The notes below the pieces were generated by a model, which was given only the letters and a program-made list of their open reading frames with translations, did not search any database and was not told the DNA's origin. From Eledone cirrhosa (taxonomy: Eukaryota): DNA of 64,000 nucleotides. A program made the translations under genes and the position numbers. Below, one piece after another: positions 1 to 20,867 of this stretch. The stretch lies in contig CAXHJY010001640.1 in assembly GCA_964016885.1 (NCBI GenBank), positions 1-64,000 of the forward strand. Direction: 5' to 3'. The stretch's first letter is position 1; every line of letters starts with the position of its first letter.

Positions 1-1
1 T

Positions 2-1500
2 CCTATCGCAAATAACTTATCCAATCCAATTCCTTCTATAGATAACACTAGGTCACTCGTTAATAATCTCTCTAATCGCAATTGCAATTGCCCTATTAAA
101 AATAAATGTCCTCTCAACAACCATTGTCTTGATAAAAACTTAATTTACGAATGTAAAGTTATAACTGACACCAATTCCTTCACCTATTTTGGCTCCACTT
201 CCACCTCTTTTAAAGCTCGTCTTTATAACCATCATTTGTCTTTTAAATACAAACTTAAAAGAACCAACACGGCTCTCTCGGAACTCATATGGTCCTTGAA
301 AGACAAAAATATTAAATATAGAATCTTTTGGAAGAAGGTTTCTTCTGCGTCTCCATACTTGAACAGTTCTCTATCCAAAATTTGCAATCTCTGTCTAAAT
401 GAAAAATTTACCTTATATCTAATTTAGATTCTATAATAAATAGACGCACTGACTAGTTTTCTATCTGCTTGCATAAATTCCATAAAACATTTCACAAAGT
501 ATACAGCTAATATTCAATTCTTTATCAATTTAGAATCTTTTTCTCAAAGGCACACATATATATATATACACTTCTTTTAAAAATATACCCATCTTTCTAC
601 CTTATTTCAAAGGTTATTATACATTCTATAATACTTGTTACTCATTCTACATCGCTCCTATTTATCACTTCCCTTTCTTCTCTTCTTCTTTTAATGTCTA
701 ACCCCTAATCTGTACCTTTTCTCACTCTTGCCTAACATAGAATCAATTATTACATAATACAATACATTCTTACTCTATATCACCTTGTAAAAATCCTTCG
801 TAAACATATACATTTTTTTGACGTTAGATTATTCATCCTCAATTCATTATTCTTTTCTCCCATTCATCTAACTCATTCATGCTCATCTCACAATATTTCC
901 TTACTTAAATAACCTGTTGTTCCTTTAATAATACATATCAACATTTTCTTAACATCGCACATATTATTAAACCCTTAAATATTATTCTCAATACATATTA
1001 ACATTTTCTTTTTCATCGCACATATTATCAAACCCCTCAATATACAAACCTTAACTTTACATTATTTTTCTCTTCGTTAATTTTCAAATTCTTTTAATTT
1101 ATACATTATCTTCCAACGGTTTTCAACCTCTCTTTGTAAAACAATATATCTTTCTCAGTTATAAAAGCTATCTCTCTCTCTCTATCACCCATCTCTCCTC
1201 CTATCTCATCTTTCCTCATTATACTCCTCCCTCTCCACTTTTTACTCTCATCTCCTCCTCTTTTTCATCCTTTCCAACCCCCAACCCCCTCTAAATGAAA
1301 TATTTTTCCCAATATCTCACATCAATCTAAAACTACTTCTCATATGTTGATTTAAAACTGAACTATCCACAAGTGTTTTTTAACCTTCATATCATGTCTT
1401 CCTGTTTTATCTGATGAAAACACAAATATTATTGCATGATGATATTTGTTTTTGAAATGCGCATAATAAAATACATGGAACTCTTTTAACCATCTTTTGT
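2..1500 (+). mobile_element. Penelope-like element 3' part: GIY-YIG endonuclease remnant, AT/pyrimidine-rich 3' region and terminal hammerhead
   Basis: Frame 2 is open from 2 to 427: CNCPIKNKCPLNNHCLDKNLIYECKV...TYFGSTSTSFKARLYNHHLSF...LSELIWSLK...CNLCLNEK (CxCx5C linker, GIY-YIG-like IY/YFG). It ends in a hammerhead at 1403-1475 abutting (TA)n. Confidence 0.85.
1403..1475 (+). ncRNA. Type I minimal hammerhead ribozyme
   Basis: tgttttat-CTGATGA(1411)-long stem II aaacacaaatatt...gatatttgttttt-GAAA(1454)-tgcgca (palindrome)-TA-ataaaataca. Confidence 0.85.
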
Positions 1501-1503
1501 TCT

Positions 1504-1736
1504 TATATATATATACATATACATATATATATACATATATATATACATATATATACATATATATATACATATACATATATATATAAATATACATATATAT
1601 ATGCATATATATATATATACATATATATACATATATATATACATATATATACATATATATATATACATATATATATATATACATACATATATATATATAT
1701 ATACATACATATAAATATATATATATACATATATAA

Positions 1737-1767
<31 letters not shown>

Positions 1768-1768
1768 A

Positions 1769-1801
<33 letters not shown>

Positions 1802-1816
1802 AATATATATATATAC

Positions 1817-1869
<53 letters not shown>

Positions 1870-1870
1870 C

Positions 1871-1953
<83 letters not shown>

Positions 1954-2003
1954 CATATATATATATACATATATATATATATACATATATACATATATAT
2001 ATA
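1504..2003. repeat. (TA)n/(TACA)n microsatellite
   Basis: Direct reading. Confidence 0.98.
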
Positions 2004-3120
2004 TAACTTTGAATAACTTTGAAATGTTTGGCCAGTATTGGCCCAGGCCATGTCTAACTTAATAGCACCACCTGGCGAAGTCTTTCAATTCAGGATTTGG
2101 GCACCATGGCCCATTCGAGAAGAGAATTACTGTTTGCGGAGACATATCCGGGTGTGGGTGGTTTGTCCGGGATTACTTGGAGGAATTTGTCCAAAGACTT
2201 CTTGAATTTTGTGTGGTCAGTTTCTGTTTTGACGTGTCCTGGTGTGATGTTGAAGAGAGCAGGGCCGATTGAGGTGAAATAATTGTGCCGTATTGTTGTT
2301 ATGAGTTGCGATTTAGATTTTTGAATGGGACGGATAGCACGGGGCCCAAGCCTTGGGTGTATCTTGAAGGCGATGCTAACATCATTTGGGCAGTGATGAT
2401 GGAACATTTTCCACATCATGCAGATAATATAACGCTCACGGCGACGTTGGAGTGAGTAAAGTTTCAGGTTTTCTAATCGACCCCAGTAGTCAAGGTCTGA
2501 CATGCCATCGATCTTTTTCGTGATTGCCCTTTGAGGAGCTTCAAGTTTCATGATACTTTGTTTCGTGTGGGGAGACCACAGAGGACAACAGTATTCAAGG
2601 TGTGGTCGGGCGAAAGTAGAGAAGAGAAGGATAATGGTGCGGGAATCTCTCGACTGGAAGGTTCTGAGGATCCAGGAACACATTCTGCGGGCCATGTCAA
2701 CTTTGCTGCTTATATGCGTGGTCCAGCTTATGTTGCTGTCCACGGTTACTCCCAAGTCTCTGATGTTGTTAGATGCCACGAGAGTTTCCCCGGAGGGAAG
2801 GGAGTACGGGAGTTTCAGAGCATCCTCTTTTCCAAAGTGGATCAGTTCGAATTTGTCTTCGTTCAGTAACATGTTGTTCTTTTCTGCCCATTGGGTAACA
2901 GCCAGTAGGTCGGACTGAAGGCTTATCCGGTCATCCACGCCATTGATGACCTTTTGGAGCTTGGAATCATCAGCGAAAATTTTAATGTTGCTGTGTTTGA
3001 TGATGTCAGTGATGTCATTAATATAGATGATGAAGAGAAGTGGGCCCAACACAGTGCCTTGTGGGACCCCACTACTGACTTTGGCTGGGCTTGATTTGAC
3101 TCCCTCAACTACAACATGTT
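2004..3120 (-). mobile_element. 5'-truncated CR1/L2-clade LINE (RT C-terminal half plus 3' end)
   Basis: Minus-strand translation [20 protein letters not shown]...IFADDSKL...IRDLGV...[13 protein letters not shown]...[10 protein letters not shown] is uninterrupted to the stop at 2090. It has a short tandem-repeat tail and (TA)n on both sides. Confidence 0.93.
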
Positions 3121-4608
<1,488 letters not shown>

Positions 4609-4735
4609 TACGTTATTCCGGGTTGAATCGGAGGTAACCACAGTAAGTAAGGTACTCAATACATAGCAGAGTATAAAAGTTTTAACATAGATGAGATTCT
4701 ACAGGACTAGAACTGTTTCATTCATTAGAAATCAT
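4609..4735 (-). mobile_element. Penelope-like pLTR fragment with 5'-truncated hammerhead
   Basis: Minus strand reads ATGA-tttctaatgaat-GAAA-cag ttctagtc ctg-TA-gaatct, then the tail actctgctatgtattgagtaccttacttactgtgg. Homologous to 39562-39700 and 27930-28050. Confidence 0.75.
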
Positions 4736-4741
4736 ATATAC

Positions 4742-4778
<37 letters not shown>

Positions 4779-6005
4779 TACATACATATATTCATTATTT
4801 AAGCAAAACAATATATATATATATATATTCATTAGTTAAGCTAACAAAGACCACAAATAGAAATATCACCTGGCTTAACCCCCCATTCTCATCTAATCTA
4901 CCCACTAATATCCCCAAACGTTTCTTCTCTATCCTATCTAAACACTTCCCCTCGACCATAGATATTACAAACTCTTTAATAAAAATAACATTAAAATCTC
5001 ATTCTCCACAACACCTAACCTAGCTAGCCACATCGCGTTCAGTAACCATCATAAGCTAAGACAGTATAACTCCCACACCGCGGTACCACCACCCCTATCA
5101 AATACACCACGCCACTACACCAATAATTACTCTAGTAGCACACCTCTAATCCTTCTAGCACGGACCTACCGCTTAGGTTAAACAACCCTACTCTCACTAA
5201 CCGCAGAAGCAACTGCAACTGCCGCTACCCCAATGCATGCCCATTAAATGGACACTGCCTGACACCCTAGTCTTTAGGTGCACGGTTAAGACTGCTTCGA
5301 ATACCAGCTCTTATATCGGGTCTACCTCTAACCCTTTTAAGGTACGCTATAACGCACACTCTTTTTCCTTCCGACACCCTAGCAACAGATGTTCGACATC
5401 GCTAGCTGGGCTCATTAAAAACCTTAAATTAAACAACGTTCAACACTCACTAAAATGGGATATCGTGGCTAGGGCCCAACCGTTCAATGGAAGAAGAAAA
5501 TCTTGTGATCTCTGTATTACGGAAGCATATTACATAACTCTATCACGACCTCTACCGATTAACGATAGAACGGAGGTAACTATTAGCTGTCAACATCGAA
5601 GGGCTAATTCCTTCGCCAATAGAATTTTTGACCCAACTTAGTCATGTAGCCCCATTTCTACTTGTAGCTAATAAGTTAAATTGCTATGAACAACTCGATA
5701 ATTATAAGTTACCTCCCCTACATTGTCTCTCAATTAAAAAATTTTTTAAATTAGTACTTAACTATAAACACCCACAATTTTAAATCTCTCGAGAAGTTAC
5801 TTCCCCTGAAACCACCCTCTAATTAGTAAGGTAAATATGCCCTTTGGCAGCCATCTTGTTACCCATAGGCAGATCTCACACAATGCAACCTCGACAGATG
5901 AATACTGCTCGAGTATGGCTGACAACTGATGCAACCAAGACACCATAGTAAAAACCAATATATGGAACATTATATTATGTAATATTATCTCATTATTTTA
6001 ATCTA

Positions 6006-6191
6006 AGGGCGGTGGATTGGCAGTATCGGTAGAGGGTCGGACGCCATGCTTTCCAGCATAGTTACGTCCCTTTACGATCTGAGTTCAAATCCCGCCGAAG
6101 TTGACTTTGCCTTTCATCCTTACGGGGTCGATAAAATAAAGTACCAGTAATGCACTGGGTATTTGTTGGCCTTGGGCCTAAAGTAGAAACA
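6006..6191 (+). mobile_element. tRNA-derived SINE (family 1), full length with TSD
   Basis: A-box-like tggcagtatcggtag, B-box gagttcaaatccc, core gcctttcatccttacggggtcgataaaataaagtacc; 14-bp TSD attattttaatcta at 5992-6005 and 6192-6205. Confidence 0.92.
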
Positions 6192-6217
6192 ATTATTTTA
6201 ATCTATATTCCTTTGAA

Positions 6218-6337
6218 GTTCCGATGAGCCGCTCTGTCTTTTAAATATGTTAATTATTTTCAACTGAACCAGATCAATTATGATATATAGTCATCTGATC
6301 CAGAAATATTATATGGAGTAGCGAAACAATTGTAAAC
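6218..6337 (+). ncRNA. Degenerate hammerhead ribozyme with large stem II insertion
   Basis: gtt-CCGATGA(6221; one change from CTGATGA)-gccgctc...gagtagc-GAAA(6323)-caattg (palindrome)-TA-aac. Confidence 0.6.
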
Positions 6338-6636
6338 GGACATTATTATTATTAATATTATTCTTATTATTCTCTACATTCCTTACATTAAACTAAAATA
6401 TGTTGACAATCTTTTAATAATGTCTTCCTTGCGAAATTTGTGGTCTTGTTGTGCTTAACTAATGAATATTTCCAGCTCTGCGCACCTAACTTCTGCATGA
6501 ACCCAGCCACCTAGCTGCTTTCTACTGCATATTGCACATGCCTTTACGCTTTGGCTTCTAACTAATTCGCCAATCTCTCCTCTCATATCTTCTCTCCTAT
6601 CTCCATCTCTCTCTTTAAGATTGGTTACTCTTGAAC

Positions 6637-6692
<56 letters not shown>

Positions 6693-6695
6693 TAC

Positions 6696-6734
<39 letters not shown>

Positions 6735-6738
6735 CACC

Positions 6739-6796
<58 letters not shown>

Positions 6797-6797
6797 C

Positions 6798-7402
6798 ATG
6801 GTGGCTGCCAACTCGTTTTCGAGTACGGCCACTACTTTATATCCATGTAGGAGAACCCCTACCGATGCGCTAAACGAGTGTGACTTTTTAGTCCAGCCAG
6901 CGACTTGAAAACTCTGGCACAAACACTACACTTGTGACAATTATTGACACATAGTGTACATGGTACCATGTGACGACAAGTGCAGAGAGATCTCCAGATA
7001 CAAAGCAATGCCTGTGCCGTGAAGCTTTTATAGTGAGCAAAGGCACTGCACAAAGCCAGTCCCACTCTCTTAACCAAGATGATATTTACCAAAAAGAAGA
7101 ACAAGTCAACATCATTGGATACCATCAGGGTTGCAGGTGTTATATCAGAGTTTTCCTTCTCCTAGAATTCTGCCTTGACATAGGCTAAGGGGTCATCTCT
7201 CCCGGTGATTTTGGATGGCCATTGACTCTTAAGAGCTCCTCTGCCCTTTGACAGGTTTTATTTTTAGTCCTGTAGGATGTCCAAAGTCACCCTCCTCACC
7301 AAGAAACCTTAGTGGGGTTGCCAGTTTAGTCGCCAATGACCCGACCATGAGACAGGTTGTACTGGGATACATGTTACCAGTAGCACCAAGTGGTGACCTG
7401 AC
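6798..7402 (-). mobile_element. Short non-autonomous, probably RTE-derived retroelement inserted in (TA)n
   Basis: Minus strand has the ggagaaggaaaactctga motif and a C2H2-finger remnant [22 protein letters not shown]. Its 3' end recurs at 14436-14513, also inside (TA)n. Confidence 0.55.
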
Positions 7403-14650
<7,248 letters not shown>

Positions 14651-14656
<6 letters not shown>

Positions 14657-16495
14657 ATAACTTTGATAGGTTTCGGCCAGTATTGGCCCAGGCCATGTCT
14701 AACTTAATAGCACCACCTGGCGAAATCTTACAAATCAGTGTTTGGGCACCATGGCCCACCCGAGCAGAGAGTTATTGTTTACGGAGGCATATCCGGGTGT
14801 AGGAAGCTTATCCGGGATTTCTTGAAGGAATTTATCCAAAGACTTCTTGAACTTGATGGGGTCTGTCTCTGCTTTGATGTGTTTTGGTGTAATGTTAAAG
14901 AGTGCAGGGCCAATTGAGGTGAAATAATTGTGCCGTATTGTTGTTATGTGATGCGAGTAGGATTTTTGTCGTGGGCGGATAGCACGGGGCCCAAGCCTTG
15001 GGTGTACACTAAAGGTGATGCCAACATCATTTGGGCTAAACTGATGGAATATTTTCCACATCATACAGATAATGTAGTGCTCACGGCGACGTTGAAGAGA
15101 ATAAAGTTTGAGCTTTTCTAATCGACCCCAATAGTCAAAGCCTGTCATGCCAACTATCTTTTTTGTAATTGACCTTTGGGGTGCTTCAACTTACCTTTGG
15201 GGTGCTTCAACTTTCATGATACTTTGTTTCGTGTGGGGTGACGACATTAGACAACAGTATTCAAGGTGGGGTCGGGCAAAAGTGGAGAAGAGAAGGACAA
15301 CAGTGTGGATATCTCTCGACTGGAAAGTTCTGAGAATCCAGGAACACATTCTGCGGCCCATATCAACTTTGCTGTTTATATGAGTGTCCCAGCTTATATT
15401 GTTGTCCACAATTACTCCCAGGTCTCTGATGTTATTGGAAGCCACTAGAGTTTCACCCGAAGGAAGAGAGTATGGTAGTTTCAGGGCATCCTTTTTTCCA
15501 AAGTGGATTAGTTCAAATTTATCCTCATTCAACAGCATATTATTCATCTCTGCCCATTGGATAACAGCCAGTAGGTCTGACTGAAGGCAAGCCCGGTCAC
15601 CCACCTCACTGATGATCCTTTGGAGCTTGGAATCATTTGCGAAGATTCTGATGTTACTGTGTTTGGTGATGTCAGTAATGTCATTAATGTAGATGATGAA
15701 AAGAAGTGGGCCCAACACAGTGCCTTGTGGGACGCCACTGCGGACTTTGGCAGGGCTTGATTTTACTCCTTCGACTACAACATGCTGGGTTCTGCCTGTC
15801 AGGAAACATTTGATCCACTGTAGTAACCTTCCAGAAACACCAACACTGGATAGTTTTTTCAGTAGAATCTTATGATCAACCCTGTCGAAGGCCTTGCTGA
15901 AATCAAGGTAGATGACATCAGTGTTGGAGCCCTCTCCCAAGGCTCTCAAAACATCGTCAAAATGATGCAGGGGCTTAGTTAGGCAGTCCCTTCCATTACG
16001 GAACCCATGTTGGTTGGAGTTCAGCAGGCCTTGCTTTCAAGAAAGTGGGTTATTCGTGATCTCACCACCCTCTCAAATACCTTGATAATATGAGAGGTGA
16101 GTGAGATCGGACGGTAGTTCACTGCAAAGGACTTATTTCCCTTTTTGAAGACTGGGATAACGGACTGGGACAGAAAGTTTTCAGGAATATAGCCAGTGTC
16201 CAGTGAGTTCCTCCACAGATTAGCAAGAGGAGATGCAAGTTAGTGTCGACACACCTTCAGGACACAAGCAGGGAACCCGTCGGGGCCTACTGCTGAATTG
16301 TGTTTAATTTCGTTTATTGCCGCTAAGACATCAGGGGCGCCAAACGTTATGTCTGATATAGTGTGTTGGAGGTTAATATCACTGATACGGCCCTAATCGG
16401 CCATATCAGGGTTGCTGAAACCAGAGCAGTATTGTTTCTGCAGTATCTCGCCCATGGTTTTGGCATTGTCCTGGAGTGTGCCATTTTCATCAACT
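14651..16495 (-). mobile_element. 5'-truncated CR1/L2-clade LINE, same family as 2004-3120, inactivated
   Basis: [31 protein letters not shown] (catalytic DD to ND). A 21-bp tandem duplication at 15172-15213 introduces a stop. Same 3' UTR as the first copy. Confidence 0.93.
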
Positions 16496-16579
16496 GGGTA
16501 GGTAAAATAATATCTGCTTTGGTGAAAAGGTGTTGATCTTAGCGACTGCTTCTCGATGACTCATCTATGGCCACACACA

Positions 16580-17274
16580 GGCCATGCAAGCGAGAGTGGT
16601 GATGACCTCTATCACTGAGAAACGCGGGTGTCTGACGAAGGGGCATGCTGGGGGAGGGAGTTTCGAATTTGAACGAAATCGGTTTAAAAATGTGGGAGCT
16701 AGAGCCGAAAAGGCGGAAATTTGAGCGAAAAGGTGGTATTTTGGAATATTTAAGCGGATGCCACGCCATTCCTGCACAAAAAATCAAAAATATAAAGCCA
16801 CTTTAAGACGTGAAATAATCAGATCTAGCGTAGTGTAAAATTTGAACAAAGTAGGTTGATTAATGTGGGAGCTAGAGCCGAAAAAGTGGAAATTTGAGTC
16901 TAAAAGTGGTATTTTTGAATATTTAAGCGGCTGCCACGCCGTCCCTGAACAACAAATACAAAATATAAAGCCATTACAGGATGTGAAATGATAAATTTTA
17001 TTTTGCTTTAAAATTTGAACGAAATCGGTGGCAAAATATGGGAGCTATTATTTTTCGATACCTAAAAAAAGGTGACACCCCCTATCGATTTTTATCTGCA
17101 GAATGACCCCGGAATAAAAAAAAAACGATACGCCGATATATAGAAAACACTCCCGATGACTAATCTATGAACCTGTAAAGTTTCATGAAAATTGGTCGTA
17201 AGATGTAGGCCCCTATAGGTAGTACACAGACACACAGACACACACACACATACTTAATTTTATATATATACAGA
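16580..17274 (-). mobile_element. Non-autonomous Helitron-like element with internal ~173-bp tandem repeats
   Basis: Units start at 16666, 16839 and 17012 (aatttgaacgaaatcgg...gggagcta). The right end aagtttcatgaaaattggtc...acacagac...tatatatatacaga gives a minus-strand 5' TC terminus. The 3' CTRR end was not identified. Confidence 0.55.
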
Positions 17275-17778
17275 TATATATACATACATATATATATATA
17301 TTATATAATATATATATATATACTGTATATATATATATGTAATATATATATATATACTGTATATATATATATATATATGTAATTTGTATATATATATATA
17401 TATATATATACATATATATAGATGTATACATTCATAAATATGTATATATATATACACATATATACATACACGCCCTCGCCATGTACATGTGTGTGTATAA
17501 TTTCAAGAAAATACGTATATTTGGCATGTTTACATGTTTATATACTCAATGTGGAGATTTCTCTAAACAGGGGCGCAATCTGTATTAACTCTATACTGCA
17601 TATATATAATCTCTCCCCCCCCCCCCCCACACACACACACATATATATAGATATATGTAAATGTGTGTGTGTGGAAGATGGAGTTTAAACGATGATGATG
17701 ATGATGATTCTATATATATGTATATAATATTATAATGAAATGACAGGAGGCTGGATTTGTGTAAATCCTTGAAAGGTT

Positions 17779-17830
17779 TATTATACTATGACCGGGTTCC
17801 GTATGAATCCGGTGATATCATCAGGTATTC
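17779..17830 (-). ncRNA. Degenerate hammerhead-like motif
   Basis: Minus strand: atac-CTGATGA-tatcaccggattcatac-GGAA (GAAA mutated)-cccggtca-TA-gtat. It lies downstream of a possible Penelope C-terminal remnant (CNSCCIAE...FNK, ~18090-18000). Confidence 0.45.
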
Positions 17831-18098
17831 GAAATATAATAAGTGAATGTAATAGATAAAATCCATGGGGCTGAAAATCAAGGACCCGAGGGCGACCGCC
17901 ATCCAGCATCTTCTATGAAATGCTTACGATGCGAGGACTGGAAAGACCACAAATTACTAGGCAGTCTAATACATGTCTGTTTAAACAGATTTTCCTTCAA
18001 CAAGTATTTTGTTAAAATAGACAGGCTCGGTGTTAGGATTCTGCCTCATCACAGAAATAACTTCTGCAATACAACAACTGTTGCATTCGTTTGAAATC

Positions 18099-18152
18099 CT
18101 AATAATTTCGAAGAATGAAACAGTTCTAGTCATGTAGAAGTCATAGGAACCT
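18099..18152 (+). ncRNA. Decayed copy of the 39562-family hammerhead
   Basis: CTAATAA-tttcgaagaat-GAAA-cagttctagtcatg-TA-gaagtc. Confidence 0.55.
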
Positions 18153-18223
18153 TTTTTGCTAGTGTCTTGAAAATCATTTTTTATTGTGGTTATCTTCTGT
18201 TCTTTTTCGGAAAACCATTCTTA

Positions 18224-18271
<48 letters not shown>

Positions 18272-18289
18272 ATGGAGGAAATGTGGTAA

Positions 18290-18454
18290 GGAACCAGATG
18301 GACCATAACGTACCAGAGTACTCAATACTTAGGGTAGTAGAGTGGGTAATAGGAAACAAGTATGACCCCGACGGCAGAGCTCAAGCCATTTCGACGGCTA
18401 TTTCTGGAAATAGCCGTCGAAACGGATTGAGCTCTGCCGTCGGGGTCATACTTT

Positions 18455-18485
<31 letters not shown>

Positions 18486-18540
18486 GTCACACTCTACTAT
18501 TCCAAATATCGAATATTCTGTTGCGTACTGGTTAATCCTG
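18290..18540. repeat. Palindromic foldback/MITE-like element
   Basis: Inner ~47-bp arms at 18358-18404 and 18407-18453 are nearly perfect. Outer arms cagagtactcaatacttagggtagtagagtg / cactctactattccaaatatcgaatattctg are more diverged. Confidence 0.85.
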
Positions 18541-18954
18541 ATATATATATATCATCCTCTAGTTACGTGGCTATCTACTTCTACCGTTCTGTCTCTCTTC
18601 CTTTCAAGTGATTGTGACCAACGGCTATAAACACATCATTAAGAAGTTAAACACTGTTCTAACTATATCTTGTCTCCGTATTCTCAATGTCCTGATTTCA
18701 AATATAACAAGGTTTTTTTAGTTGAAAATATCGAACTTTCAGTTACTGAGCGTTTGAGATAATGTAAGGTTTTCGAACTATTTTCTGTTGGCGCTTCATT
18801 ATACGCTCTCCTAATCAATATATATTATCTTGTCAGGATTGGTAGAGCGACGGACAAAATGCCCAGTGCATTTAGTTGCATCCATCTAAGTTCTGAATAT
18901 AAATCGCACTGAAGTTCGTTTCACTTTTCAGCATTCTGGGATATAGTTAAATGT

Positions 18955-19280
18955 GTGTGTTGGACCTCCGTCGGTTCCGATGAAGAGTGTTCCAGTTATG
19001 TGACCAACCTAACAGCCTGCTAATGGAATTAACGTGCAAGTGGCTGAGTATTCCAGAGATACGTGTATCCTTAACGTAAATCTCAGGGAGATTTAGCGTG
19101 ACACAATGTGTGTATGACAACGTTGCCCCTCTAGAATTGCAGGTAGAACTCATTTGGCCAGCTGAATGGACTGGAGCAACGTGAAATAAAGTGATTTGCG
19201 CAAGTACACGCTGCGTCACTTGGAATCGAACTCACTATCTTATGATCACGAACCGAATACCTTAAACACAAAGCCACGCA
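18955..19280 (-). mobile_element. tRNA-derived SINE (family 2)
   Basis: Minus-strand tRNA-like head (gtgagttcgattcc) plus tttatttcacgttgctccag. Its body and tail are shared with 23810-24015, 24170-24460, 46125-46400, 47215-47400 and 51340-51500. Confidence 0.8.
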
Positions 19281-19509
19281 ATTTCAAAGTGATTAAGTAG
19301 TGAGGTGGATACCAACGACTATAGCCAGTCCCAAATTTGAGGCCTTGAGCCTTTATTCGAAAAGTTACATAATTACTATTTTGTAAATCTATGTGAAGTG
19401 CCTGCCCAACGAGGCAGTCTTTTGTAAAAGAGAAATTTATGATTCGAGGGGATTTACATAAGATACCCTCCCAATTTTAGTGGGATGGAGCCAAAAGCCA
19501 CCTGCGTTC

Positions 19510-19705
19510 CAATCGTCAGACAACATGCTTTGCAACATATAGTTACGTACCTTTATGTTCTGAGCCTAAATTCCACCGAGTTCAGCTTTACCTTTCATCC
19601 TTACGGGATCGATAAAATAAAGTACCAGTAACGCACAGGGATCGATTTAATCGACTTACCCCTTCCCTTAAAATTACTGGCCTCGTGCCAAAAGTAGAAA
19701 AAATT
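19510..19705 (+). mobile_element. SINE family 1 copy
   Basis: cctttcatccttacgggatcgataaaataaagtaccag...gccaaaagtagaaa. Confidence 0.85.
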
Positions 19706-19957
19706 ATTATAAAAATAAATAGAATTAAAATAATGAGTCAAACTGTTTGAAATACACCTGCTCGTTTGCTAACCCCAAAGAAAACATTATATGACCTGGA
19801 AGTTGCTGTAATTTGGACAAAACGTCAAAACCAACATTAACATTACATATTTAACTTTGGCCGGTTGATCGTGTTATGACTAGCTTGTGAGGTTAGGTAT
19901 AAACACACGTTTGTGCCGGTGCAATCTCGAGTGCCTTTTCTCTCTCTCTCTCTCTTA

Positions 19958-20070
<113 letters not shown>

Positions 20071-20202
20071 AAAGACTGGGAAGACCATAAATCAGGTTGG
20101 GTTACATCAATACTTGTGAAACTTAAACTGAATCGCCTAGGCTCACCGTTGGGCTCCACTGCATATATATATGGGTGTATGTGTATGTGTCTGTGTATAT
20201 AT

Positions 20203-20866
<664 letters not shown>

Positions 20867-20867
20867 C

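Larger units (their letters stand above)
4850..6345 (+). mobile_element. Decayed Penelope-like element (RT thumb/linker, GIY-YIG, 3' region)
   Basis: RNITWLNPPFSSNLPTNI...KHFP; CNCRYPNACP; VFRC...SYIGSTSNPFKVRYNAH...LKWDI...CDLCITEA...CQH (stop 5641), with frameshifts. Degenerate hammerhead at 6218-6337. Confidence 0.88.

Noticed and set aside
5845-5935. Possible third rearranged hammerhead (cagccatc-ttgtt ... atggctg-acaa-CTGATGC)
   Set aside because: The core is incomplete (no GAAA; CTGATGC) and there is no second copy to test pairing.
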